Source: Octopus bimaculoides | Lineage: Eukaryota | DNA length: 64,000 bases | Reading direction: 5' to 3' | NCBI RefSeq assembly: GCF_001194135.2 | Contig: NC_068991.1 | Coordinates: 56,334,238 to 56,398,237 of the forward strand | In this document: positions 27,906-40,919 of the stretch, one piece after another | How the letters are laid out: every line of letters begins with the position of its first letter | Position numbering within the stretch: the stretch's first letter is position 1 | Notes under the pieces: model-generated | The model's input: the letters and a program-made list of their open reading frames with translations, nothing else | The model's database searches: none | Told to the model about the DNA's origin: nothing | Made by a program: the position numbers and the translations under genes

Positions 27906-28039
27906 CATAATCTATATATATTATTCAATTACACTTGTATCTAATTTTACCTAATAATCAAGGGTATACTGTGTTGTTCGGTTTAAGAAATTAATAGATT
28001 CCGAAAATAAAAAACAAGCTTATTTGATACACATTAAAT

Positions 28040-28299
28040 TAATGCTTCTCAACTAGGGTCCATATGGTCCTTGGGGGCCCACATAAGATTTTACTGGGAA
28101 AATTTATGTGCAATAAACTGGTTATACTACTACAACACAAAATATTTAAGCAATTTTTCATACAATTTCTAATATTTAATCATAAAAATATAATAGGAAT
28201 TTTTTTACATCGAATGGCTAGGAGGGCCTACCGAAGTAAAATAGGAATCAAAGGGGTCCATAGGTAAAAAAAAAAAAAAGAAATGAATGAGAACGACTG
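28040..28299 (+). mobile_element. hAT/Charlie-type MITE
   Basis: Degenerate TIRs (TAATGCTTCTCAAC / ATGAGAACGACTG), internal similarity to the 44292 and 61807 copies, and flanks CATTAAAT/CCTTAAAG (6/8). Confidence 0.7.
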
Positions 28300-29864
28300 C
28301 CTTAAAGTGTTCATGAATTTAGAGAAAACGATATTTTAAAAGTCGAAAAAAAAAAAAAAAGAAAAAGAATCATGCAGTGGAAAAAATTAAAGACAGATTT
28401 GGAATCAACGTACAAAAAGCATTTGTAAAAGCCAAATTATATCTCCGATGGAAAAAAAAAATGTTTATTTTGTTGAATGGAATGATCATTTCTAACTTAG
28501 ACTCTCAGTAGCTTTATTGTAGGAAAAATCTGGTCAAAGAGATTGATCCACATACATAACTGGTATTTTATTTGATGAAAACACGGAAGATAGAATGGCC
28601 AAGTTCACTTCGGTGCGATTAGAACTAAAAATGAAATGAGATGCAGTAACAACGCACTCTTATCATTAAAAAAAAAATGTACATGATTATTTCATCTAAA
28701 TTTGAATTTAAACACCGTAGCACGTATATAACAGTGTACTTTATCAGATATTTGAACTGAACAGTGAAATACTAAATTTCCTCGGAGGCACTGGTTATTT
28801 AAAAGGTACTAATATTGATTCTAAAATTACATTTATTAGGTGGTGAAACATTGATTTTTGTAGCACTATTCATGTTATTATAAGAAGGGGACCCTAAAGC
28901 AATACTATTATTTATCTCGGATACAGATGTATTATTAACAGGGGAACTAGAGTCACACCTATCACTAGGATAATTAAAACCACTTACGGTATTATTAATA
29001 TTAATTAATTTTCTGTGTGATGACAGCTATATTGTGAGCTTGATTAGATGTGGAAGAATATGCTAGTATTACAGTATGCCAATCAAATATTTTGCTATAT
29101 CTACTGCAAGGGGGAAGTGCCGCTCCAATACTTGGAAGAAAATTCAGAAACATCAGAAGCTACATGAAATCCGAAACGGGGGTTAAACTTCCCGTTACGT
29201 AACTTATTTTTCCTATGGTTGTATTATGAGTTAGATTGCTATTATGAATAGTATATCTAAATTTAGCATTGCATGTTCTACAACTATTATAGGAGGTGTG
29301 GATATTATGATCATCGAGAAGTTTCTCATACTTTTATTTAGTTCTACTACACTTACAAGATAAAAGTCTGCTTTTCAAGTTATCAAGGTTCGGATTAAAG
29401 TTTCCAAGGGAAGTATCGGAACCGTATGGTCTGTTTTAAGCATTAACCTGAGAATTGTTTGCATAACTACCATCGGGTCTTGTCATTTCCCAAATGGGTT
29501 CTCGACCAGAGCTCGAAACAGGTTCAGCCTTGGGATTAATATTTGTGCAATAGTTGTACTTTTTATTATCATCGTCATCAAAATATACATTATCGGTTCG
29601 TTATACCTTTGAGAATATGGCCTACCATAATTTGGTGTTGCATACATACATGCATGCATACAGACATACATACATTCATACATACATATATACATACATA
29701 CATACATGCATGCATGCATACATACATACATGCAGACATACATACACAAATGCATACATACATACATACATACATACATGCATGCATACATACGTACATA
29801 CATACATGCATGCATACGTACATGCATACATACATACATGCATGCATGCATACATCTTTTATAT

Positions 29865-30258
29865 TTTACTTGTTTCAGTAAAGCACTTATTAAAGGGTTT
29901 TAGTAGAAACAAAATCGTCCCCAGTACATACTGCTTTGTAAAGTTTGATAGTTAGTCTATCTCTTTAGCCGAACCGCTATGTTGTGGGGATGTAAACAAA
30001 CCAGCACTGGTTTTCAAGGAGTATTGAGTACAATTACAAACGCAAAAAACACACACATATACACACAAACACACACATATGCATGTAAACGGCGGGCTTC
30101 CTCATAGTTTCTGTGTCCCAATTTCACTCACAAAGCAGTAGTCGTCCCGGAGGTACCGTAGAAGACGTTTACCTGAGGTGCCGCACAGTGGGACTGAACC
30201 CGAAAACACGTGGTTGTAACACGTGGAGCTTCTTCACCAAACAGTCATACTTGCGCAT
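29865..30258 (-). mobile_element. Family A CORE-SINE
   Basis: TTTTACTTGTTTCAGT...GAACCGCTA...GGTGCCGCACAGTGGGACTGAACCCG. Confidence 0.75.
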
Positions 30259-30321
30259 ATACATACATACATAACACATAAACACACACATATTGGGAGA
30301 GAGGGAGAGAGAGATAAATAG

Positions 30322-30355
<34 letters not shown>

Positions 30356-31665
30356 TGAGAGAGAGAGAGAGAGAGGTAGTGGGGAGGAAAGATAGATACT
30401 ATATAGATATTTAGATAGATGATTATTCTAGATGTGACTGTTTCCTTGCTATATTGACGCTGAACTGAATCTATTTGAAATCACGACTGTTTGGTCGCTT
30501 CACATATAAACTTTCCCTCATCGGCTCACCTTTTAGGCAGAGACTCCTTGGATGGTTCATATTTTGATACTAACAATTCCTACATAATCTTTAGCTCATT
30601 AATACTAATTCACATTTTATCTTATGCTTATCTATGGTACAAAGATACATAATATAACATTAATGTAAAGACACTTCATTTATAAGAAATATTATGCAGA
30701 GTCACAAATACTTCAGATTTATGTTCGCTGTGAAGACTTTTTAATAACTAATTAAATTCTATGTTATCTCTTTAGTTACTTTACATTTTTAATTTGTAGG
30801 CTAGAGGCCAAAAGGTACTTGTTTATTTTAGGTCAGTTATGTATAGCCATAATTTATGTATTTTAAGGTCTTTGATAACGAGGAGGTCAGTCACTGTAAT
30901 TAGTGAGTTGTTTATTACAAGGTTTCAATGATATTCCGTATCATAAATTTTAAAAGAATGGACTGAGAGAACATGTGGAAAATAGAATCCTCTTGTAGTA
31001 TATATATTATTATATATCGTCAACGTGTTTTGTTTTTAAATCCGTCTGACTAGGTCACAAGTTTTCACTCTCTCATTTCATTAACCTTGTCTCTCAACCC
31101 GTCCTCTATATGTAATCTCTGTAAACAATATGTTTTTGCTCAACATAGCCTAAATTGAAAAAAAACCCCCCAAAACTGAAGTAAATCTTAATGTATGACA
31201 AAACGAAACTATAGGCTAAATAAAAAAATAACAATGTAAACACATTCCTTCTATACTACTGAAATGTGGGAGGATCAAAGGAGTTTCTGGAGAGGTCATT
31301 TCATGATTTGTTGACTGCTCCTTAGAGAAGACGCACCCATCTTGCGTCTCCAATCAAAATTCGAACATGAATTTCTTGAACAGCGGAGAATCCTTCCGCT
31401 TAAGCTCTTTGGATAGTTCTTGTGTTTGAGAAACGTCATGGTAGATTCACGCCTAGGTTCCGCTTATTAATCGCTGATTGAATAAATCTTAGTTTTCATG
31501 CTTAAGCGCAAGATTTTCTCAGAACATAGGAGCCATTTCCGGAGTCTGTATTTCGGCACTTAATGTGGAGACAACATTGAATTGTAAAACTATTCTTGAA
31601 TGATTCACTCAACTGTAGTAAAATTCACTGCCAGAGTGGACCCTATTTCAACAATTTCCAATATG

Positions 31666-31746
<81 letters not shown>

Positions 31747-32039
31747 GTTTGTTTATCTAGATAGCTAGCTACGTAGCATGCTATCTGTGTGTATACACAC
31801 ATATGTATACATTCTATGCTTCTTAGACACAATCGCACGCACGTGTATATGCATATATACAAAGATATGGATATACACGCATACACGCATATATACGTAC
31901 ATATATACATTTGAAAGAAAGTGTGTGTGTGTGTATGTGTTGCGTGAATATATAGATTTCAGATTCAACACATCTCACCTTAACAGTCGACTTAAGTCTA
32001 TTGCTTGCTGGGAGATCGTGTTACCGATTACAAACTTCT

Positions 32040-32077
<38 letters not shown>

Positions 32078-32080
<3 letters not shown>

Positions 32081-32230
32081 TGTACCTCCGCTTATTCGTG
32101 GTTCGGCATTTGTAATTCGCCATTCGCAGTCCCGGTTATTCGCGGAACTAATAATTGTTCGCGGAAACCACCGCATAATCGCGGAATCGTAAATATTGTT
32201 CGCGATTTTTTATGGCTATTTTCGTGGCAA
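32078..32230 (+). mobile_element. Tigger/pogo-like MITE left end
   Basis: CAGTGTACCTCCGCTTATTCGTGG terminus after (TA)n, followed by repeated TTCGCGG/CCGC subterminal motifs. Confidence 0.5.
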
Positions 32231-32305
32231 TATATTCTTTTTCACACTTTTTAAAGCTAAATTATTAATAACATACGGTATATACATTAATATATATATA
32301 CATTT

Positions 32306-32349
<44 letters not shown>

Positions 32350-32432
32350 GTGACTATATTAAGAAGGCAATGAGTACTAAAAGAGACACGTTTTAACAAA
32401 TATATTAGATTAACATTTAGAAAGGGAAAGTA

Positions 32433-32468
32433 TCTTGACGTTTCGAACGCAATTCCTTCATCAGAAGA
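32433..32468 (-). ncRNA. Minimal (short stem III) hammerhead ribozyme motif of Penelope type
   Basis: Minus-strand RNA: UCUU-CUGAUGA-A-GGA(AUUGCG)UUC-GAAA-C-GUC-AAGA. It has an intact core, a 4-bp stem I (UCUU/AAGA), a 3-bp stem II, a GUC cleavage triplet and a self-complementary ACGU for dimeric stem III. Confidence 0.6.
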
Positions 32469-34310
32469 AAGATGAAAAAATAAAAGATGCGGATGATTGA
32501 GAAAGAATGGCTGAAGGAAAAAGAAATAAAGGACCCATGAATCCAACGCTTGCTTAGTGATCGTGTTATGGTTTACACCACAATTTAACAATCTAATCCC
32601 CTTGTATGTATGAAGGTGAACAGGGCTACATATCACTAAATGTTTGGTGCAATCAGTCTAGTGACAGACTATAATATCTGTCCGATGATGATCGGATACA
32701 AAATGTGTGTGTGTTTGTGTGTATGTGTGTGCGTGTATTTGTATATGTATTTGTGTATGTATGCATATTCTCTATGCACAAGATAAGCATTGTTGCAAAC
32801 ACGAAGAACATAAACATTCCCGTCACAAACAACACCACCAACGCTGCCGCCGCCACCGCCGCCNNNNNNNNNNNNNNNNNNNNNNNNNNNNNNNNNNNNN
32901 NNNNNNNNNNNNNNNNNNNNNNNNNNNNNNNNNNNNNNNNNNNNNNNNNNNNNNNNNNNNNNNNNNNNNNNNNNNNNNNNNNNNNNNNNNNNNNNNNNNN
33001 NNNNNNNNNNNNNNNNNNNNNNNNNNNNNNNNNNNNNNNNNNNNNNNNNNNNNNNNNNNNNNNNNNNNNNNNNNNNNNNNNNNNNNNNNNNNNNNNNNNN
33101 NNNNNNNNNNNNNNNNNNNNNNNNNNNNNNNNNNNNNNNNNNNNNNNNNNNNNNNNNNNNNNNNNNNNNNNNNNNNNNNNNNNNNNNNNNNNNNNNNNNN
33201 NNNNNNNNNNNNNNNNNNNNNNNNNNNNNNNNNNNNNNNNNNNNNNNNNNNNNNNNNNNNNNNNNNNNNNNNNNNNNNNNNNNNNNNNNNNNNNNNNNNN
33301 NNNNNNNNNNNNNNNNNNNNNNNNNNNNNNNNNNNNNNNNNNNNNNNNNNNNNNNNNNNNNNNNNNNNNNNNNNNNNNNNNNNNNNNNNNNNNNNNNNNN
33401 NNNNNNNNNNNNNNNNNNNNNNNNNNNNNNNNNNNNNNNNNNNNNNNNNNNNNNNNNNNNNNNNNNNNNNNNNNNNNNNNNNNNNNNNNNNNNNNNNNNN
33501 NNNNNNNNNNNNNNNNNNNNNNNNNNNNNNNNNNNNNNNNNNNNNNNNNNNNNNNNNNNNNNNNNNNNNNNNNNNNNNNNNNNNNNNNNNNNNNNNNNNN
33601 NNNNNNNNNNNNNNNNNNNNNNNNNNNATATATATATGCATACATGCATGTGTGTTGGTGTGTGCATAGGTGTTCGGTTTGTAAGCCAAAATAGGTGAGG
33701 TATATTTGTTTGTCGAGTGAACGGGAGTGGGTAGGATGGCGGTGAGGAGTTAGCGAAGAGCAAAGTGTATTAAAAATAAACAAGTGGACAAAACCTAAGT
33801 AGCCACATGATAGAAAGTGTGTCGTCTGCTTATTGAATGGTTATCATTAGTTGTTACCATCTCGTTAAATGCTTTATGAAAACTAAACAAATATAATCTA
33901 AAATTGAATATTTGTTCCTGTACCAATTTTATTCTATAACTCACTGACATATGTTTGTTCAAAACGAAGATTTCTGGATGTCATTGTGAGCGTATGGAGG
34001 TGAAGAGGATCGATGGCGGAATCAATGGCGACGTTTTAGCGATGATGATTACTGCGGTAGAAGTGATAGTGGGTTATGAGAAATGTGGTGGTAATGATAG
34101 TATAAAATACTGGAGTAACAGGCTTGCTTTGCAGCAAGGAGGTTTCCATTTCAGTCCCACTGCATGACACCTTGGACAAATGTCTTCTACTACAGTTCCG
34201 AGTCGAACAATACCTTGTGGGTAAATTTCGTCGATGGAAACTGCGTGGAAACTTGTCGTGTATATATGTATGTTTGTATCTATGTGTCTGTGTGCCTGTG
34301 TGTGAGTCTG

Positions 34311-34344
<34 letters not shown>

Positions 34345-35059
34345 CTATGTGCTGTTTTAGCTTATGCGTTTGTGTTGAGTTTCTTCCTAACTCCCCCACC
34401 CGGACAACCGGTGTTGGTTTGTTTTCGTCCTCGTAACTAGCGGTTTTGCAAAAGAGAGCAGAGTCGATTTACTCGACTAAACCCTTCGAGGTGGAGGCCC
34501 AGCATGGCTACATTCCAAGTACTGAAACAAGTAAGAGATAAAAGGTATTATCAGCTATGTCGACTGGTAGACTTCACGAACCGCTCAGTTTGATACTACC
34601 GTCTGGTCCCCTGGACCCTCAGGGTATTTTGATGGAGTCACTCTGTTGTAAGTTTCCAAACTGTCTTCTACACTGTTTCTGTCTACACAAGTCACTCACA
34701 AGGCATTGGTTACCCCAAGGCTATAGTAAAAGACTTTTACCAAAGGTGTTGCGCAATAGGACTGAACTTAAAACGCCGTAGCTTCAAAGTCAGATACATA
34801 ACTACACAGTTGTGCCATTGATATTTACATACTTACGTTGTATATGGCTATATAATGAAAATATTCCTTATATACGTATTTTTTAAAAAAATTACGAGAC
34901 CACTTAGTTAAATTAGCTCATTTGAAAACCGTATAGAATGAACTAAAAACCTCTGCTTCAGTTTCTGGCTTCGTTATGTTGATCTTCTCTTAATCGAAAT
35001 CTCTATAATTCGATTTACTTAATTAGAAAAGGGAGGTTTTGGGCCACATCTATACATAT

Positions 35060-35570
35060 CGTTGTATAACTAATACTATTATTATTACTAGTCATCCAAC
35101 TTCAATTGGTGACACCATAAGGTTCAGAATCCCATAGTGTTTTCATATAGCTAAAGTGAGTTGATGAATCGCCAGTTCTACCAACTGACAGTAATCCGTT
35201 AGCTGGATTGGTCGACCATAGACTGACCTCTGGCGGAAGAGGCTCTTCCGCCCAGACTGTCTCGTGTAGTTTCACCGATTGAAGATCATACGTCGAATGA
35301 AGATCAATACACTTAACTTCACATCCGCCATGCTGCTGCCCATGATTTCGCGGTGACCCTGGCTCGGAAATTTTTTGTCATTCTGGTTAAATCTCTACAT
35401 CCACAGGAGTGGCTGTATGGTAAATAGCTTGCTTACCAACCACATGGTCCCGGGTTCAGTCCCACTGCGTGGCACCTTGGGCAAGTGTCTTCTACTATAG
35501 CCTCGGGCCGACCAAAGCCTTGTGAGTGGATTTGGTAGACGGAAACTGGAAGAATCCCGTCGTATATATG

Positions 35571-35645
<75 letters not shown>

Positions 35646-35880
35646 GTGTCTGTTTGTTCCCCCACCATCGCTTGACAACCAATGCTGGTGTGTTTGTGTC
35701 CACGTTATTGGATGGACGTTGACTCTTACGAGTTCCTCCACCCTTTGATAAGCTTTGTTTTTCATCCCGCAGGACGTCCAAGTAGCCCTTCTCACCAAGC
35801 AAGCCTGGTGGGATTGCTGGTTTAGTCGCCGACGACCCGACTAATCGACAGGTTGTACTGGATTACATGCTACCGTTAAC
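35060..35880 (-). mobile_element. RTE-clade LINE 5' region (5' UTR and start of ORF), split by a SINE
   Basis: The sequence reads continuously across the SINE (AACGTGGA|TGTAGAG on the minus strand). Hairpins TTAGTCG..CGACTAA and GGCGGAAGAG-G-CTCTTCCGCC are present, with a degenerate LTLA..KTLWDSE resembling an APE-domain start. Shares a motif with 10170-10262. Confidence 0.45.
35405..35700 (+). mobile_element. Family A CORE-SINE, 3'-truncated
   Basis: A-box AGGAGTGGCTGTATGG, B-box GGTTCAGTCCC, CORE-like CCTTGGGCAAGT; flanked by TCCAC/TCCAC. Confidence 0.85.
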
Positions 35881-35984
35881 GCTCGAGAGTTACCTGACTG
35901 TGCAAATCTATCATCATAACAAGATTTTATGAGCTGAATACTTTTTCTCTATGTTTATATACATACAACTTGGAACAGGATAAC

Positions 35985-36486
35985 CTACAGACGAAGTTGA
36001 CGATACTGAAACAGACGGGTCAAAAGAATACTTGTGGAATTTAAAAGTTTAAATAGTCACAAAGTTAAAACGCAACTGGCCAGATACTGTTGTATGGGAC
36101 CACAAGGAAAAGTTATGTTCTGTTGTGGAAATCAGCTGCCCTCTGGACAACGATGTGGTTTGAAAAATACAAGAGAAAGAGGACATCTATGGATAAAGAG
36201 TTTGAAAGTCAAGTACCCAAGATACACTTTCAGCTTTATACTTATCATTGGCGCAATAGGATTCGTACCAATCCGTCTGGAGCAAAGTATAGCTGAACCT
36301 GGGATCTTGAGGAGAGAGCACAAATCCTTAATTCATACTCAACAAATGATTACGATATCTGGGACTGTTAAAATTTGCAAGGCCTTATTAAGATTTAAAG
36401 GATGACAAGCAAAACAACAAGCTTTCCTTCCTAAACTGGCTAGCAATGTAGGTGGCCTGTCAAAATTTATTCTAAATTAAAAAGAG

Positions 36487-36488
<2 letters not shown>
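35985..36488 (+). pseudogene. 3' end of an RLE-encoding non-LTR retrotransposon (R4/NeSL/HERO-like), decayed
   Basis: Frame-corrected translation: KEYLWN..KRNWPDTVVWDHKEKLCSVVEISCPLD..KIQEKEDIYG..YPRYTFSF.LIIGAIGFVP..TISGTVKICKALL. This is a PD-(D/E)xK RLE motif set with stops and frameshifts. A short 3' UTR runs into (CA)n. Confidence 0.75.
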
Positions 36489-36523
<35 letters not shown>

Positions 36524-36533
36524 NNNNNNNNNN

Positions 36534-36577
<44 letters not shown>

Positions 36578-37229
36578 TCCGTAGCTTTGCATGATTAAGC
36601 TAAGAATTAAAAATTAGAATATAGGTGAAGTGGATAGAGTAAAGATGAGTGTAGCGGATTAGAGGATGGTATGGAGGTAGGAAAAACTTGTATGCAGGTG
36701 AACAGAATGAAATATTCTCGTTCACATGGATAATCTTAGGAATTTTGCATACCCCTTATTTATTTATTTTATTGGCGAAAATAATATTCAAGTGTTGAAA
36801 TACTAACTTTTAGCTTTCGTATCACCTCAAGTAAAAATCTCAAGAGAGAGAGAGAGAGAGAGAGAGGAGGCAGAGGGAGAGAGAGAAGGAAAAATAAAAG
36901 AGGAAAACGCTAAAAATATATAGGTAACTAAAATCTCTGACAGGTGTTTTGTTGTTGTTTTCTTTTTAGTAACTTTTCGCAGGTACAAAACTTTGTTTGG
37001 TCGTCACGCTTGGTTAACTATTGAAGATTTCTGGAGTTTGGGAGAAACTCGTAAAAAGTATCGTAGCATAACCCCAAATCTCTTTTGTCTTCTCTTTTGT
37101 GTTGTACTTTGACACCATCATCATTGTCATCATAATCATCATTGCCGTCGTCGTCATCATTATAACGAGAGAGGGGAAGAGAGAGAAAGAATAAGAGTGG
37201 GGGAGAGAAAGAGAGAGAAAAACAGAGAT

Positions 37230-37284
<55 letters not shown>

Positions 37285-37845
37285 NNNNNNNNNNNNNNNN
37301 NNNNNNNNNNNNNNNNNNNNNNNNNNNNNNNNNNNNNNNNNNNNNNNNNNNNNNNNNNNNNNNNNNNNNNNNNNNNNNNNNNNNNNNNNNNNNNNNNNNN
37401 NNNNNNNNNNNNNNNNNNNNNNNNNNNNNNNNNNNNNNNNNNNNNNNNNNNNNNNNNNNNNNNNNNNNNNNNNNNNNNNNNNNNNNNNNNNNNNNNNNNN
37501 NNNNNNNNNNNNNNNNNNNNNNNNNNNNNNNNNNNNNNNNNNNNNNNNNNNNNNNNNNNNNNNNNNNNNNNNNNNNNNNNNNNNNNNNNNNNNNNNNNNN
37601 NNNNNNNNNNNNNNNNNNNNNNNNNNNNNNNNNNNNNNNNNNNNNNNNNNNNNNNNNNNNNNNNNNNNNNNNNNNNNNNNNNNNNNNNNNNNNNNNNNNN
37701 NNNNNNNNNNNNNNNNNNNNNNNNNNNNNNNNNNNNNNNNNNNNNNNNNNNNNNNNNNNNNNNNNNNNNNNNNNNNNNNNNNNNNNNNNNNNNNNNNNNN
37801 NNNNNNNNNNNNNNNNNNNNNNNNNNNNNNNNNNNNNNNNNNNNN

Positions 37846-37906
<61 letters not shown>

Positions 37907-38484
37907 AGACAGAGAGAGGAGGGAGCTGACAATGAAACGTAGAAGGGACGAAGTATCGTGTTCTAGAGGATAAAGTCTTCAGAATTAACAAAGCAACGTT
38001 TATCGTTTTCGTCCACTAGTTTAGTATCGTAATAATGTCGAGAATTCTCCGCTAACAACAAACTACTTCACAACTAATTCTCCGCTATTTATACCCGCCA
38101 GCCAAAGTATCCTCTCCCTCCATCCTCTCTCTCTGTCTTTCGTTTCTACTTTAACCCCAATATCATCTCCATTTACAACCGATGACCCACTCTATTTCTT
38201 CATCCAGGATCCTTTGTTGAATACTTTACAATGTCTATTGTCCTTTTGAGAATGGGTAGCGTACATAACTGAGTCGGTAGGTTAGACATCACACAACTAA
38301 CAGGTAGGCCAGTGGTTCGTATTCTCTCACACTTCACTCTCCAACGGCCTCTGTCTATCAAACTCTTTAGACTATTTCTGTAGATCAACAATTTCTGCAA
38401 CATGGTGTGTATAAACAATGGAATCTTCTTACGACTCTGTATTATACTAGTATAGCATTTATTTACACGTTCATATTATTACTC

Positions 38485-38945
38485 TTTTACTCTTTTACTT
38501 GTTTCAGTCATTTGACTGCGGCCATGCTGGAGTACCGCCTTTAGTCGAGCAAATCGACCCCAGGACTTATTCTATTGGGCTCTTTTGCCGAACCGCTAAG
38601 TTACGGGGACGTAAATACACCAGCATCGGTTGTCAGTTTCCGTCTACAAATCCACTCACAAGGCTTTGGTCGGCACGAGGCTATAGTAGAAGACACTTGC
38701 CCAAGGTGCCACGCAGTGGGACTGAACCCGGAACCATGTGGTTGGTAAGCAAGCTACTTTATTTCATAAATATTTGCCATAAAGGCATTACAAAGAGGGG
38801 ACGAACAAGGACAGATAAACATAAAAGGGGTGAAATAGCTGTAACGATTAAATATTTGAAATTTTAAATATACAATAAAAATTGGATTGTATTTACAATG
38901 TTCGATTGAACCATTGACTTACCACACTGCCACTCCTGTGCCTAT
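38485..38945 (-). mobile_element. Family A CORE-SINE with internal deletion and a ~155-bp insertion in the head
   Basis: The microsatellite segment is deleted (GGTTGTCAGTTTCCGTC). The head is split at 38759 and resumes ACTTACCACACTGCCACTCCTGTGCCT at ~38918. Confidence 0.8.
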
Positions 38946-39014
38946 GTAAATTATTGTAAATTTTGGAAAGTTTATTCCATCACAATATATAGTACAGATT
39001 TCTTTATTATGGAG

Positions 39015-39308
39015 TTTTATTTCTTTATCTTTTACTTGTTTCAGTCATTAGACTGCGGCCATGCTGGGGCACCACCTTCAAGAATTTTAGTCGAACGAAT
39101 CAGTCCCGGTACTTGAGTTCTTTTTAAAGTCTGGTACTTATTCTATCGGTCTCGTTTGCCGAACCGTTAAGTTACGGGGACGTAACCACACCAACACCAG
39201 TTGTGAAGGGGCGATGGAGGACAAACGCAGACACAAAGACACACACATGTTGATACACACACACACATACAATCACATACATGTATACACAGGCACCTCC
39301 ATATATAT

Positions 39309-39364
<56 letters not shown>

Positions 39365-39752
39365 GCACATACGTGTGTGTGTGTTTAAACACGCACGCAC
39401 ACACATATTTCTTTTATCTTTTACTTGCTCCAGTCATTAGAATAAGGCCATGCTGGGGCACCGCCTTGAACAATTTTTTAGTCGATTGAATCGATCCGAG
39501 TACTTATTTTTTTAAATACTTATTCTATCGAATTTTTTCGTCAAACCGCTAAGTCACAGTGACGTAAACACACCAACAACACTGGTTGTCACGACGAACT
39601 TCTTTCAGTTTCTGTCTGTCAAATCCGCTCACAAGGCTTTGGTTGGCCCGAGGCTATAGCAAAAGACACTTGCCCAGAGTGCCACACACCGGGGCTGACC
39701 CAGGAACCATATGGCTGGAAAACAAACTTCTTACTACACAGCCACTCCTGTG
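39015..39752 (-). mobile_element. Two adjacent family A CORE-SINEs (39015-39290 and 39410-39752)
   Basis: Two tails with TCTTTTACTTG.T.CAGTCATTAGA; the second copy also retains its head. Confidence 0.8.
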
Positions 39753-39789
39753 CTTAAAAAAAGATGAATCAGTGATAAATAAATCATCA

Positions 39790-39975
39790 CCACGTACTTT
39801 GTAAATTAGAACGAATGGTAGATTTATTGACACCAAACTCGCGGCCCATAGCAGCGGACCATCTACTGTTATATATTTTCTCGATCATCTTTACATTTTC
39901 CTGCAGAGAATATACTCGTTTGCCTCGTTTGTTTGGACCAGCTGCCTTCGTTTTCTCCTGTTCATTGCTCCTTCG
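39790..39975 (-). pseudogene. Tigger/pogo transposase N-terminal CENP-B-type HTH relic
   Basis: Minus-strand frame KRGKRVYSLQENVKMIEKIYNSRWSAAMGREFGVNKSTIRSN matches the pattern KR..LTL.EK..II.....S....R.FGV..STIR; a stop follows shortly. Confidence 0.7.
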
Positions 39976-40279
39976 TTGCTGGGTATCAGTACGTAAATTC
40001 GTATTAAAAAATCGCTGTCTCGCAGCACGGTCACTTAAATATACAAAAGATAGTCAGATCAATCCGTGATAAATGTAACATACTTCACAATTGAGCGTAC
40101 CATGTTATCCCGGACCAGTGATAAACGCAGCGACATGTATATTGCTTTACGATGCTTTGAGTTTTCAACTCCTGTTAGCGTCATAACTGTGCCGTCGTGA
40201 CAGTCAGCTTGCTTTGGACAAGTGGAAAAATGGTGGAAATCTGATCATAGCTTAATTCCCTAGAGTTAAAGAGAAAGAG

Positions 40280-40670
40280 TGGAGGCGCAATGACCCAGTG
40301 GTTAGGGCAGCAAACTCGCGGTCATAGGATCGCGGTTTCGATTCCCAGACCGGGCGTTGTGAGTGTTTATTGAGCGAAAACACCTAAAGCTCCACGAGGC
40401 TCCGGCAGGGGATGGTGGCGAACCCTGCTGTACTCTTCCACCACAACTTTCTCTCACTCTTACTTCCTGTTTCTGTTGTTCCTGTAATTCAAAGGGTCAG
40501 CCTTGTCACACTGTGTCACGCTGAATATCCCCGAGAACTACGTTAAGGGTACACGTGTTTGTGGAGTGCTCAGCCACTTGCACGTTAATTTCACGAGCAG
40601 GCTGTTCCGTTGATCGGATCAACTGGAACCCTCGACGTCGTAAGCGACGGAGTGCCAACAACAACAACAC
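40280..40670 (+). mobile_element. Full-length tRNA-derived SINE of a third family with (CAA)n tail
   Basis: Head GGAGGCGCAATGACCCAGTGGTTAGG...GGTTTCGATTCCC, tail CCAACAACAACAAC, and 10-bp TSD AGAGAAAGAG at 40270-40279 and 40671-40680. Confidence 0.85.
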
Positions 40671-40919
40671 AGAGAAAGAGAAGGCAAGGATCACATTTGG
40701 GCTTGTACATTATTCATCAACTCACAAAAGTTAAGAGGTAAACTTAGCCTCAACGGAATTCATCTCATGGTGTAGAGATCCGGAATGAATAGCGTGAGTC
40801 GTTGTATCCTAATTCTGCTAATTCACTGCATTGATTACTCTGTACATTATGTATTGATTTCAATAAATAGGCAGATTTTATTTTCGAGTGTTTCTTCGTT
40901 TTAGTTTAACGTTCTACAT

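Noticed and set aside
40280-40360. tRNA gene
   Set aside because: It has A/B boxes but no full cloverleaf and continues into a SINE body with a TSD. The same applies to all other SINE heads.
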